DNA of 64,000 nucleotides from Lachnospiraceae bacterium (GTDB lineage: Bacteria; Bacillota; Clostridia; Lachnospirales; Lachnospiraceae): NCBI GenBank assembly GCA_030526195.1, contig JAUNDG010000002.1, positions 25,248-89,247 on the forward strand, read 5' to 3'. The notes beneath the pieces are model-generated. The model was not told the origin of the DNA and did no database searches. It saw only the letters and a list, made by a program, of their open reading frames with translations. Below, in pieces: positions 19,480 to 28,797 of this stretch; the first letter of the stretch is position 1; every line of letters begins with the position of its first letter. Made by a program: the position numbers and the translations under genes.

Positions 19480-21900
19480 ATGAATACATCCCTTTCATGG
19501 ATTAAAAGATATGTGCCGGATCTTGATGTGGACGTCAAGACATATTGCGACGCCATGACACTGTCCGGTACCAAAGTCGAAGGCGCCCAGTGCCTGGATG
19601 CCAATCTTGACAAGATCGTTGTCGGTGAGGTGCTGACCTGCGAAGCTCACCCGGATTCCGATCATCTGCATGTGTGCATGGTGAACGTGGGCGGCGAGGA
19701 ACCGATCCAGATCGTCTGCGGTGCCCCGAACGTGGCTGTGGGCCAGAAGGTCCCGGTTGTTCTTGACGGCGGCCGTGTGGACGGTACTCATGCCGGCGGT
19801 GCTGCCGAAGGCGGCGTGGCCATCAAAAAAGGCAAACTGCGCGGTGTGGAATCCAACGGTATGATCTGCTCCATCGAAGAACTGGGTTCCTCCCACGAAT
19901 TCTTCCCGGAAGCCGATCCGGAAGGTATCTATGTCTTCCCGGCTGACACTGAAGTCGGTGCCGATGCTGTGGAAGTTCTGGGCCTTCATGATGCCGTTAT
20001 CGAATATGAAGTCACATCAAACCGTGTTGACTGCTACAGCGTTATCGGTATTGCCCGTGAAGCCGCTGCCACATTTGATAAGCCCTTCTATCCGCCGGTG
20101 ATCAAGGAAACCGGCAACAGCGAAGATGTGAATGATTACATTTCCGTTGAGGTGAAGGATCAGGATCTGTGTCCCCGTTTCTGTGCCCGCGTGATCAAGA
20201 ATGTCAAGATCGGCCCGTCACCGAAGTGGATGCAGAGATGTCTGGCTTCCAACGGCATCCGTCCCATCAACAACATCGTCGATATCACAAACTATATTAT
20301 GGAAGAGTACGGTCAGCCGATGCACGCTTATGATTATGCCACTATCGCCGGTCAGAAGATTGTGGTCAAGAGAGCCGAAGACGGCCAGACCTTCGTCACA
20401 CTGGATGGTCAGGAACGTAAGCTGGACCATGACATGTTGATGATCAACGACGGCGAAAAGGCTGTCGGTCTTGCCGGTATCATGGGCGGTGAGAATTCCA
20501 TGATCACAGAGGATGCCACCACCGTGCTTTTCGAAGCTGCCTGCTTCAACGGCACCAATGTCCGTCTGTCCGCCAAGCGCGTCGGTCTTCAGACTGATGC
20601 CTCCGGTAAGTTTGACAAGGGGCTTGATGCCAATACCACACTGGAAGCCATCAACCGGGCCTGCCAGCTGGTGGAAGAATTCGGCTGCGGCGAAGTTGTC
20701 GGCGGTATCGTGGATGTCCACGGCGAGCTGCCGGTACCGAAGCAGGTGCCCTTCAACAAGGATGAGATCAACCGTCTCCTGGGTACCGATTTTGATGAAC
20801 AGATGATGATCGACATTTTCAAAAAGGTCGATCTTTCCTATGACGCTGCCACCGGCATGGTGACAGTCCCCACATGGCGTCAGGATGTCTTAAGACCCTG
20901 CGATCTGGCAGAAGAAGTGGCCAGATTCTACGGTTATGACAAGATCCCGACCACACTGCCCTCAGGCGCTGCCACAGCCGGCCGTCTTCAGTTTGATCAG
21001 AGACTGAATGAGATCGCCCGTCAGGTAGCCGAGGATAACGGCTTCTCACAGGCCTATTGCTATTCCTTTGAATCTCCGAAGGTCTTCAATAAGCTGATGC
21101 TGGCCGAAGATGACACTCTGCGCAACGCCATCGAGATCATGAACCCGCTGGGTGAGGATTACTCCATCATGCGTACCACTTCCATGAACGGTATTCTGAC
21201 ATCTCTGGGTCTCAACTCCAGCCGTCGCAACAAGAATGTTCGTCTTTATGAAATGGGTAATGTCTACCTGCCGAAAGCTCTGCCGCTGACCGAGCTGCCG
21301 GATGAACGCATGAAGCTGACTCTTGGCTTCTACGGCGAAGGCGACTTCTTCGATATGAAGGGTATTCTGGAAATGCTCATCGCCAAGCTTGGCCTTTCCA
21401 AGCGTGCTTCTTATGAAGTGGGCGAACTGAAACCGTATCTCCATCCGGGTCGTCAGGCCGTGATGCTCTATGAAGGCAAGGAAATCGGTTTCCTGGGCGA
21501 AGTCCATCCGAAGGTACGCAAGACCTACGGTATCCAGGAACGGGCTCTGGTGGCTGTTCTTGATATGCCCACCATCGAGACCTTTGCTACATTCAACCGG
21601 AAATATGCCGGTGTGGCCAAGTTCCCGGCTGTTTCCCGCGACATCAGTATTCTGGTGCCCCATGATGTGACCAATGGTCAGATCGAAGGTGTGATTTTCC
21701 AGAGAGGCGGCAAGCTTCTGGAAAGCTGCCGACTGTTTGACATCTATGAAGGCGCACCGGTACAGGAAGGCTACAAGTCCATGGCTTACAGCCTGTCCTT
21801 CAGACACAGCGAAAAGACACTGGAAGAAGCCGATATCACAGCCGTTATGAAGAAGATCCTCAACGGCCTTGAAGGTCTTGGCATTTCCATGAGAAGCTAA
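19480..21900 (+). CDS. pheT: phenylalanine-tRNA ligase beta subunit
   Basis: 806 aa. Has the tRNA-binding OB N-terminus, B3/4, B5 and FDX-ACB domains in the canonical order after pheS. Confidence 0.95.
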   Translation: MNTSLSWIKRYVPDLDVDVKTYCDAMTLSGTKVEGAQCLDANLDKIVVGEVLTCEAHPDSDHLHVCMVNVGGEEPIQIVCGAPNVAVGQKVPVVLDGGRVDGTHAGGAAEGGVAIKKGKLRGVESNGMICSIEELGSSHEFFPEADPEGIYVFPADTEVGADAVEVLGLHDAVIEYEVTSNRVDCYSVIGIAREAAATFDKPFYPPVIKETGNSEDVNDYISVEVKDQDLCPRFCARVIKNVKIGPSPKWMQRCLASNGIRPINNIVDITNYIMEEYGQPMHAYDYATIAGQKIVVKRAEDGQTFVTLDGQERKLDHDMLMINDGEKAVGLAGIMGGENSMITEDATTVLFEAACFNGTNVRLSAKRVGLQTDASGKFDKGLDANTTLEAINRACQLVEEFGCGEVVGGIVDVHGELPVPKQVPFNKDEINRLLGTDFDEQMMIDIFKKVDLSYDAATGMVTVPTWRQDVLRPCDLAEEVARFYGYDKIPTTLPSGAATAGRLQFDQRLNEIARQVAEDNGFSQAYCYSFESPKVFNKLMLAEDDTLRNAIEIMNPLGEDYSIMRTTSMNGILTSLGLNSSRRNKNVRLYEMGNVYLPKALPLTELPDERMKLTLGFYGEGDFFDMKGILEMLIAKLGLSKRASYEVGELKPYLHPGRQAVMLYEGKEIGFLGEVHPKVRKTYGIQERALVAVLDMPTIETFATFNRKYAGVAKFPAVSRDISILVPHDVTNGQIEGVIFQRGGKLLESCRLFDIYEGAPVQEGYKSMAYSLSFRHSEKTLEEADITAVMKKILNGLEGLGISMRS

Positions 21901-22580
21901 TGAAGATTTACGTTTTAAGACACGGAACAACTGACTGGAATAAAGAAGGGCGTCTTCAGGGCGCCCGGGATATTCCTTTAAATGAAAATGGGATTCTGCT
22001 GGCCCGTCAGACGGCTGAGGGTATGAAGCACATCCATTTTGATCGGGTCATTTCCAGCCCCCTGTCAAGAGCCGTTGATACGGCCCGCATCGTGATGGGA
22101 GACCGGGATATCCCCTTTGAAACGGATGCCCGTGTGGCCGAACGCAATTTCGGCCTCTTTGAAGGCCGTATCTGTCGGGGCGACAAGGCGGATCTGCCGC
22201 CGAACTTCCTGTCCCTGGTCTGCACGGTTGAAAACTCAGCCTATGCACCGGAGGAAGGCGAATCGCTTATTGATGTGTTTGCACGCACCGGTGATTTTCT
22301 CCGGGAGCTTCTGAACAAAAAAGAGTGGGAGCAGGAGTCCATTCTGGTGTCCACCCACGGTCTCTGCTCCAGAGCCATTCTGCATCATATCTGGCAGGAT
22401 GATGATTTCTGGCACGGTCAGATACCGCCCAATTGCTGCGTCAGCATCATTTCCGCAGAAAATGGTCAGGTGACAAACCTGGAGACGGATATTATCTATT
22501 ACAAGGATGAGCCGGAGGATTTCTATCACCTGAACACCCGGAAGGATGCCGCCGGCAAACGGCCGACGAACCTGCCGTGA
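21900..22580 (+). CDS. histidine phosphatase (phosphoglycerate mutase-like) family protein
   Basis: The N-terminal catalytic motif RHGTTDWN and a later STHG histidine. 226 aa. Confidence 0.8.
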   Translation: MKIYVLRHGTTDWNKEGRLQGARDIPLNENGILLARQTAEGMKHIHFDRVISSPLSRAVDTARIVMGDRDIPFETDARVAERNFGLFEGRICRGDKADLPPNFLSLVCTVENSAYAPEEGESLIDVFARTGDFLRELLNKKEWEQESILVSTHGLCSRAILHHIWQDDDFWHGQIPPNCCVSIISAENGQVTNLETDIIYYKDEPEDFYHLNTRKDAAGKRPTNLP

Positions 22581-22595
22581 TCGAACTGAAACCAG

Positions 22596-22626
22596 GAAAG
22601 CGGCGTTTTGAGACGCCGCTTTCTTT
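22596..22626 (+). terminator. intrinsic terminator
   Basis: 11-bp stem GAAAGCGGCGT/ACGCCGCTTTC followed by TTTCTTT. Confidence 0.7.
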
Positions 22627-22678
22627 AAACATGTCGCTCTGGCTGCGTGCAGAAGAGAGGCAAAAAGGGAATACAAAG

Positions 22679-23704
22679 ATGAAAACATCTGATTTTTACT
22701 ATGATCTGCCCACTGAGCTCATCGCTCAGGATCCGCTTAAGGATCGGGCCTCCTCCCGGCTGATGCATGTGAGTCGCCTGGACGGCTCTCTGACACACGG
22801 CACCTTTGCCGATGTGCGGCAGTATCTCAAGGCCGGTGATGTGCTGGTCATCAATAACACAAAGGTTATTCCGGCAAGACTTCTTGGCGAACGGGAGGGG
22901 AGCGGCGGCAAGGTCGAGATCCTCCTTTTAAAGAGAAAGACGGACACCGACTGGGAATGCCTGGTCCGACCCGGCAAGAAGCTCAGAACCGGGGCCCGCG
23001 TCACCTTCGGCGGTGGGTTTTTAAAGGCTGAGATCGCCCAGGTGCTGGATGACGGAAACCGCATCGTTCGCTTTGAATATGAAGGGATTTTTGAAGAAAT
23101 CCTGGATCAGCTGGGTGAAATGCCGCTGCCGCCTTACATCCACAATAAACTTGAGGACAAGGATCGCTACAACACGGTCTATGCCCGGTTTGACGGATCC
23201 GCAGCAGCGCCCACAGCCGGTCTTCATTTTACGGATGAGCTCTTGTCAGACATCAAAGCTATGGGGGTTGAACTGGCACCGGTGACCCTTCATGTGGGGC
23301 TTGGCACCTTCCGCCCGGTCAAGGTGGATGATGTGGAAACCCATCACATGCATGAGGAAAGCTATATGGTGTCGGAGGCTTCTGCGGCCATCATCAACAA
23401 GGCCAAGGAAGAGGGCAGGCGCGTTATCTGTGTGGGCACCACCAGCTGCCGGACACTGGAAAGCGCCGCAGATCGTAAAGGCCATGTGTGTGCCGGTGAA
23501 GGCAACACGGATATCTTCATTTATCCGGGTTATGAATTTAAGATTATGGATGGTCTGATCACCAATTTCCACTTGCCGGAGAGCACTTTGGTGATGCTGG
23601 TGGCCGCTTTCGTGGGCAAAGAAGAGATTCTGCATGCCTATGAAGAGGCTGTGAAGGAGCGGTATCGTTTCTTCTCCTTCGGCGATGCCATGATGATCGA
23701 GTGA
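22679..23704 (+). CDS. queA: S-adenosylmethionine:tRNA ribosyltransferase-isomerase
   Basis: [19 protein letters not shown].. N-terminus, LPPYI, and the C-terminal [11 protein letters not shown]. The upstream part of the ORF-track call covers the terminator and is rejected. Confidence 0.95.
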   Translation: MKTSDFYYDLPTELIAQDPLKDRASSRLMHVSRLDGSLTHGTFADVRQYLKAGDVLVINNTKVIPARLLGEREGSGGKVEILLLKRKTDTDWECLVRPGKKLRTGARVTFGGGFLKAEIAQVLDDGNRIVRFEYEGIFEEILDQLGEMPLPPYIHNKLEDKDRYNTVYARFDGSAAAPTAGLHFTDELLSDIKAMGVELAPVTLHVGLGTFRPVKVDDVETHHMHEESYMVSEASAAIINKAKEEGRRVICVGTTSCRTLESAADRKGHVCAGEGNTDIFIYPGYEFKIMDGLITNFHLPESTLVMLVAAFVGKEEILHAYEEAVKERYRFFSFGDAMMIE

Positions 23705-23848
23705 CGAGCTCGTAAAGTTGTTGGCGGGTTTCTGAAGAAACCTGTTGATCATCAGCGGTATCGAAACGGTGCGAGAGTGTCTGTTTTCGCACAATGGGAT
23801 TATTGATAAAAATCCGGGGAAATTTCAGTCATATAGACGAAAATTCAA

Positions 23849-23877
23849 TTGACGCAGGATTAAACCTGTGTTAGTAT
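23849..23877 (+). promoter_or_regulatory. candidate promoter of rplU-rpmA (TTGACG-17-TAGTAT), followed by a structured leader of about 80 nt (possible L21 leader)
   Basis: TTGACG at 23849-23854, a 17-nt spacer and TAGTAT at 23872-23877. The leader 23885-23955 has short hairpins (GTGCCGCAC, CGCC..GGCG). Confidence 0.45.
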
Positions 23878-23965
23878 ATTTGAGTGTGCCGCACAGAGAG
23901 GCAACAAGTGTTACAATCGGTAACCGCCGTATCTGGCGAGTAATAGTAAGAAGGAGGGAAACTTC

Positions 23966-24271
23966 ATGTACGCAATTATTGCAACAGGCGGTAAGCAGTA
24001 CAAGGTAGCCGAAGGCGATGTCATCAGAGTTGAAAAACTCGGCAAAGAAGTCGGCGAGACTGTTACATTTGAAGACGTTTTAGCTGTTAGCAATGATGGT
24101 CTTAAGGTCGGCGATGCCGTCAAGGGTGCCAGCGTTGAAGCTACAGTGCTTCGCAATGCTCGCGCTAAGAAAGTCATTGTTTACAAGTACAAAGCTAAAT
24201 CCGGCTATCACAAAAAGAACGGCCATAGACAGTCTTATACAGCTGTCAAGATCAGCAAGATCAATGGTTGA
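23966..24271 (+). CDS. rplU: 50S ribosomal protein L21
   Basis: [18 protein letters not shown]... is the canonical L21 N-terminus. Confidence 0.96.
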   Translation: MYAIIATGGKQYKVAEGDVIRVEKLGKEVGETVTFEDVLAVSNDGLKVGDAVKGASVEATVLRNARAKKVIVYKYKAKSGYHKKNGHRQSYTAVKISKING

Positions 24272-24308
24272 TAATTTCTGTTAATCCAAGCATCGGAGGA
24301 ATTTTTAA

Positions 24309-24569
24309 ATGGCACATAAAAAGGGCGTAGGCTCCACCAAAAACGGCCGCGATTCCGCTGCGAAGCGACTTGGCGCAAAGAGAGCTGACGGTCAGTTCGT
24401 AAAGGCCGGCAACATTCTTTACAGACAGCGCGGTACTCACATCCATCCGGGTGAAAATGTAGGTATCGGTGGTGACGATACACTTTATGCCAAGGCTGAC
24501 GGCATTGTCCGTTTCAAGAGACTTGGTAAGTTCAAAAAACAGTGCTGCATCGAAACAGTTGCTGAATAA
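24309..24569 (+). CDS. rpmA: 50S ribosomal protein L27 (no N-terminal propeptide)
   Basis: [16 protein letters not shown].... An in-frame TAA lies immediately upstream of the ATG, so no extension is possible. Confidence 0.96.
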   Translation: MAHKKGVGSTKNGRDSAAKRLGAKRADGQFVKAGNILYRQRGTHIHPGENVGIGGDDTLYAKADGIVRFKRLGKFKKQCCIETVAE

Positions 24570-24582
24570 TTTTGAATACCTG

Positions 24583-24617
24583 ATAGAGGTTGTCCGAAAG
24601 GACAGCCTCTATTTTTT
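24583..24617 (+). terminator. intrinsic terminator after rpmA
   Basis: 13-bp stem ATAGAGGTTGTCC-GAAA-GGACAGCCTCTAT followed by TTTTTT. Confidence 0.85.
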
Positions 24618-24876
24618 ATGCCTCCGTGTGAGCCGGGGGAAGTCGCACGCTTGCAAAAATGAACAATTTTCCCGATTTGTCATGCTGTCAATGTCAGAAA
24701 GTGTGTTATATTGAAATTGACATTTTTGATTTCTGCAGGAATCTGTATCTGTTGGTACACAATAAATCAGGCGTTAGATGGTGATGGTGTCACCACAACA
24801 GCCCGAGCTACGGATCAGAGTTGCATGCATCTTAGCATACAAACAGAACTTGTCATTATGTAAGGAGGGAACCATT

Positions 24877-26661
24877 ATGAAGCACACCCGTATGAAACTA
24901 AGGAAACATGCCGGTTTAAAGAAAATCGGCTCAATGCTTCTTGTCTTATGCCTGAGCCTGGCCCTCTTACCGGCCGCCGTCTTTGCGGAGGTGACAGAGT
25001 ATGATCTCTGGGTCAATAACGAACGGATTACCTCAGACCATTTAACAGTCGCCTGTGGTGAGGGTACGGCGGTTTATGATCCGGCACAGAACACCTTAAC
25101 CCTGACAGATGCCTTTATCAGAAACGGCTGCGAGATTAAGGATTTATCCTGCGGGATCTACTCAGCCCTGGATAATCTGACGATTGTTGCCAAAGGGGAC
25201 AGCAATTATATTATTGTTGATGGTGGGGAAGGTATCTCGACTTATGATATGGATGACAGCGGTAATCCGATCAGCCATAATCTGTCCATAAAAGGGGATG
25301 GCAAACTGTCCATTGAAGCGCGCAAAGCGTATTATGGTTATGGGATTTACTGTACCGGTGATATCGCCATTTCTGATGTGACACTGGACATCAGATCAGG
25401 TATATCCTGTATCTGGGCCGGTAATAATCTGACATTGACGGATGTCAATGCCTATGTGGTCGCCATTGAAAGCATAGCCCTGGAAATGGGTGGACCGGTG
25501 AAGACCGGCGGATATGGCCTTGTATCCAATAACGGGACGATCACCATTAACAGCAGTGATGTGTACGTGCAAAGTGCCCTCCAAACCGCTTTTTTGACGG
25601 GGACAGATGTTAACCCGGAGAAGATCATTCTTGTGAATACTCAGCTCGCTCAGGGCGGTTTTGAAAAAAGACAGGCACTCCTCCTTAAGCCGTTGATTCA
25701 GGAAAAGCGACTTGGCGGTGACAACCGCTATGCCACAGCGGCCCAGATCGCCAAAGAGGCTTTCCCGGAAGGCGCCGATGAGATCATCCTGGTTAACGGG
25801 GCCAAATTCCCGGATGCACTGGCCGCTTCGGGTTATGCCGGTGCCAAACAGTGTCCGCTTCTCATAACATCTTTAAAGTCTCTTAAACCGGAGATCAAGA
25901 ATCTTCTTGTCAATGACTGGAACGGCAGAGTGAAGAAAGCCACCATTATCGGCGGCGGCTTCGAATCGGCCGTATGGGAAGGCCTTAACGCCTGCGGTAT
26001 CTCAAATGAGAACATCGCCACCATCGCCGGCAAGGATCGTTATGAAACCGCCGAAAAAATCTATGAAGCCGGGATAAATGAAGGGCTTTATAGCACGAAC
26101 AGTGTTGTGATCGCCACCGGCGCCACAGCGGCCGATGCTCTGTCGGTGTCATCCTGGTGTTACGCTTTCAGAGTGCCCATTCTGCTGGCCGGCGGGACCA
26201 CAAAAACACTGCGCCCCAGTGCTCTGGAAAAAGTGAAAAACTGCCAATATATTACCATTGTGGGGTCTGACCAGGTGGTCAATGATCCGGCTGTCAATGC
26301 CCTGGCGGCAGATAACCCGGATCGTGTCCAGAGATTGTGCGGTAATAATCGTTATGAAACCTCTGTTAAGATCGCGGAGTTTTTCGTAGAATGGGCGGGT
26401 CCTATCAACTACATCACGTTTGCGTCCGGCGGAAATGATAATTTCCCGGATGCGCTGGGCGGTGCCATGCTGGCCGGTCAGGTATACGGACCCATCATCC
26501 TGGTGTCCCAGAAAGACAGCAACAATAAACCGGTTTATGACTTCCTGAAAAAGACCTACAGCGAAAAGCCGGTTAAATATGTCTTCTACCTGGGTTCGTC
26601 TAAGGTTCTGACCGATCACACAGCCACTATGCTGAAAGATATGCTGAAGCAGCCGTCATAA
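24877..26661 (+). CDS. secreted surface protein: beta-helix-like N-terminal domain plus three CWB2 (cell wall binding repeat 2) modules
   Basis: Signal peptide (LLVLCLSLALLPAAVFA). Three repeats start GGDNRYATAAQIA, AGKDRYETAEKIY and CGNNRYETSVKIA, each with FPDAL. AAGGAGGG RBS before ATG 24877. Confidence 0.8.
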   Translation: MKHTRMKLRKHAGLKKIGSMLLVLCLSLALLPAAVFAEVTEYDLWVNNERITSDHLTVACGEGTAVYDPAQNTLTLTDAFIRNGCEIKDLSCGIYSALDNLTIVAKGDSNYIIVDGGEGISTYDMDDSGNPISHNLSIKGDGKLSIEARKAYYGYGIYCTGDIAISDVTLDIRSGISCIWAGNNLTLTDVNAYVVAIESIALEMGGPVKTGGYGLVSNNGTITINSSDVYVQSALQTAFLTGTDVNPEKIILVNTQLAQGGFEKRQALLLKPLIQEKRLGGDNRYATAAQIAKEAFPEGADEIILVNGAKFPDALAASGYAGAKQCPLLITSLKSLKPEIKNLLVNDWNGRVKKATIIGGGFESAVWEGLNACGISNENIATIAGKDRYETAEKIYEAGINEGLYSTNSVVIATGATAADALSVSSWCYAFRVPILLAGGTTKTLRPSALEKVKNCQYITIVGSDQVVNDPAVNALAADNPDRVQRLCGNNRYETSVKIAEFFVEWAGPINYITFASGGNDNFPDALGGAMLAGQVYGPIILVSQKDSNNKPVYDFLKKTYSEKPVKYVFYLGSSKVLTDHTATMLKDMLKQPS

Positions 26662-26708
26662 CATGAACCGCAGCTGCCGCAGGCAGCCATGCTTTACAAG
26701 TCAGTCAC

Positions 26709-26749
26709 AAAGCGGACACCATGCCTTGGGGCATACGTGTGTCCGCTTT
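26709..26749 (+). repeat. GCGGACA-stem hairpin (diverged member of the leader-hairpin family) between the two CWB2 genes
   Basis: AAAGCGGACAC-C-ATGCC-TTGG-GGCAT-ACGT-GTGTCCGCTTT: an 11-bp outer stem plus a 5-bp inner hairpin, 26 nt upstream of ATG 26775. Confidence 0.5.
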
Positions 26750-26774
26750 CCCCATAGAAAGGAGCGTGGTGATC

Positions 26775-28562
26775 ATGCCATTGTCAAAGCGCATAAAGAA
26801 AGGGCCATTCTTTAGAAAATGGGGTGTCCTCCTGCTGACAGTCTGTCTCTTGACGGCGCTGCTTCCTGTCAGCATTTTCGCGGAGGAGATCGCTTATGAC
26901 CTTTGGGTTAATAATGAGCAGATCACCTCGAATCATCTGACGGTGGCCTGCGGTGAGGGCACCGCTACCTATGATCCGATCATCAATACACTGGTGCTCA
27001 AAAATGCAACGATCTCAAACGGTTGTGATGTGGATGGGCTGGGATGCGGTATTTTGTCACGCATTGATGGTCTCACCATTGATGTTTACGATCTGTCGAC
27101 GATCACGATCAAAAGAGGCGCCGGTATTTCTACCGCAGATTATGATGATTTCGGTCAGATAGTGCCTCATGAACTGATCATTCAAGGGTATAACATGCTG
27201 ACCATCGACACCTTTACACCGGAAAAGGGCATTGGCATCTATTGTACAGGGAATCTGCTGATCAGAAAACTGGCTCTAATGGTGCGGTCAGAGGCCACAG
27301 CCATTGAGAGTGAGTACGGTGTCCGGTTGACAGATGCGGCCTCAGTTATCTTTTCCGCTAAGGCGGCTGATTATACGGCAGCAGAGGGAACCATCAAAGA
27401 CAGTGGGTATGCTGTGTTTTCGCATAACGGCACCATCGCATTCGATTATGCCACGATCAGAGCGGTCAGCGAATGCAGATCGGCTTTTATGACGGGTGAT
27501 GCGTTAGACGTCAACATGATTGAATTATCGGATGTGATGATCAGTGAGGGAACCTTGACCGGTAACCGTGTGGTCATCGACAGGGCTTCTATGGACGAGA
27601 AACGACTGGGCGGTGCCAATCGTTATGAAACAGCGGCCAAGATTGCTGACGAAGCTTTTTGCCATTACGGGAGTGAAGAGATTATTCTGGTGGATGGCGC
27701 TAAATTCCCGGATGCTCTGGCGGCTTCAGCTTATGCCGGCGCAAAGGATGCGGCTATTCTCATTTCGTCATTGAAATCCTTAAAGCCGGAGATCAAAAAA
27801 CTGATCACAGAAAACTGGACCGGTGTTGTCAAAAAAGTGACCCTCATCGGCGGCGGTTTTGAGCAGCAGGTGATCGATGACCTGAAGGCCTGTGGAATCG
27901 ATGAGAAGAACATTGTGACGATCGCCGGTAAGGACCGCTATGAAACCGCCAAACTGATCTTTGAAGCCGGGAACCGGGATGGCATCCTGACTTATGACAG
28001 CTGTGTGGTGGCCACCGGCGCCAAAGCGGCGGATGCCCTGTCCATAGCCGGGTGGTGTTACAGGCAGAAAATGCCGCTTTTTCTGGCGGGCGGCGCCACA
28101 AAGACGCTGCGTGCCGATGTGTTGGCTCATGTGAAAAAGTTTAATAAGATTTATATCGTGGGAGCAGAATCGGTGGTGAATGATCCGGCCCTTAATGAGC
28201 TGGCGGCCACAACCGATAAGGTCGAACGCCTGGCGGGAAAGAATCGTTATGAAACGTCAGTGGCCATCGCCAGAAAATTCGCTTCACCTTACGGTTACGG
28301 GACGATTGTATTTGCGGCTGGGACCGATGAGAATTTCCCGGATGCCCTGATCGGCGGCACATTGGCGGGCAAGATCATGTGTCCCACACTTCTGGTGTCC
28401 CGGAATGATGCCAACAATAAGCCGGTTTATGATTATCTCAGAGAGGTCTACAGTCACTTTGCTTATCATGATGTGTATTATCTGGGAGATGAACGCGTGG
28501 TGACCAATGACACTGTCACAAAAATGAAAGCCATCATGAATGAAAACAAAATCCTGTCATAA
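26775..28562 (+). CDS. paralogous secreted surface protein: beta-helix-like N-terminal domain plus three CWB2 modules
   Basis: Signal peptide ([17 protein letters not shown]). The N-terminus YDLWVNNEQITSNHLTVACGEGTATYDP nearly matches the upstream paralog. By eye the CWB2 region looks well over half identical to the upstream paralog (not counted). Confidence 0.8.
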   Translation: MPLSKRIKKGPFFRKWGVLLLTVCLLTALLPVSIFAEEIAYDLWVNNEQITSNHLTVACGEGTATYDPIINTLVLKNATISNGCDVDGLGCGILSRIDGLTIDVYDLSTITIKRGAGISTADYDDFGQIVPHELIIQGYNMLTIDTFTPEKGIGIYCTGNLLIRKLALMVRSEATAIESEYGVRLTDAASVIFSAKAADYTAAEGTIKDSGYAVFSHNGTIAFDYATIRAVSECRSAFMTGDALDVNMIELSDVMISEGTLTGNRVVIDRASMDEKRLGGANRYETAAKIADEAFCHYGSEEIILVDGAKFPDALAASAYAGAKDAAILISSLKSLKPEIKKLITENWTGVVKKVTLIGGGFEQQVIDDLKACGIDEKNIVTIAGKDRYETAKLIFEAGNRDGILTYDSCVVATGAKAADALSIAGWCYRQKMPLFLAGGATKTLRADVLAHVKKFNKIYIVGAESVVNDPALNELAATTDKVERLAGKNRYETSVAIARKFASPYGYGTIVFAAGTDENFPDALIGGTLAGKIMCPTLLVSRNDANNKPVYDYLREVYSHFAYHDVYYLGDERVVTNDTVTKMKAIMNENKILS

Positions 28563-28648
28563 CAGAAGCACAGACTGTGAACCAAGGCGTTCATGTATGG
28601 ACAAATCTGATTGAAAATGATCAGAAAACACGATTGATTTACCTTCAA

Positions 28649-28686
28649 AATCCCCCGTTTAAGAAAGCTCTCTTAAACGGGGGATT
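28649..28686 (+). terminator. strong hairpin after the CWB2 pair (probable terminator, poor T-tail)
   Basis: 16-bp stem AATCCCCCGTTTAAGA/TCTTAAACGGGGGATT, followed by CTTG. Confidence 0.5.
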
Positions 28687-28696
28687 CTTGAATCTG

Positions 28697-28725
28697 TTGA
28701 GTTTTACCAATTAAAGTGTTATGAT
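28697..28725 (+). promoter_or_regulatory. candidate promoter for obg (TTGAGT-17-TATGAT)
   Basis: TTGAGT at 28697-28702, a 17-nt spacer and TATGAT at 28720-28725. Confidence 0.5.
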
Positions 28726-28797
28726 GTCTATTAAGTATGCAGTGAATCAAGTTTTTATGCCTCAGGGTGAAGCCTGAGAGACCAAGGAGTGACAGAC

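Noticed and set aside
22577-22678. N-terminal extensions proposed by the ORF track. Examples: queA from 22577, the glycosylase from 35599, the recombinase from 40490, the CWB2 genes from 24778 and 26721, tetR from 46419, and the permease from 45694.
   Set aside because: The extensions run through terminators, operators or repeat elements and lack an RBS. Internal ATGs with good Shine-Dalgarno sequences give N-termini that match the protein families.
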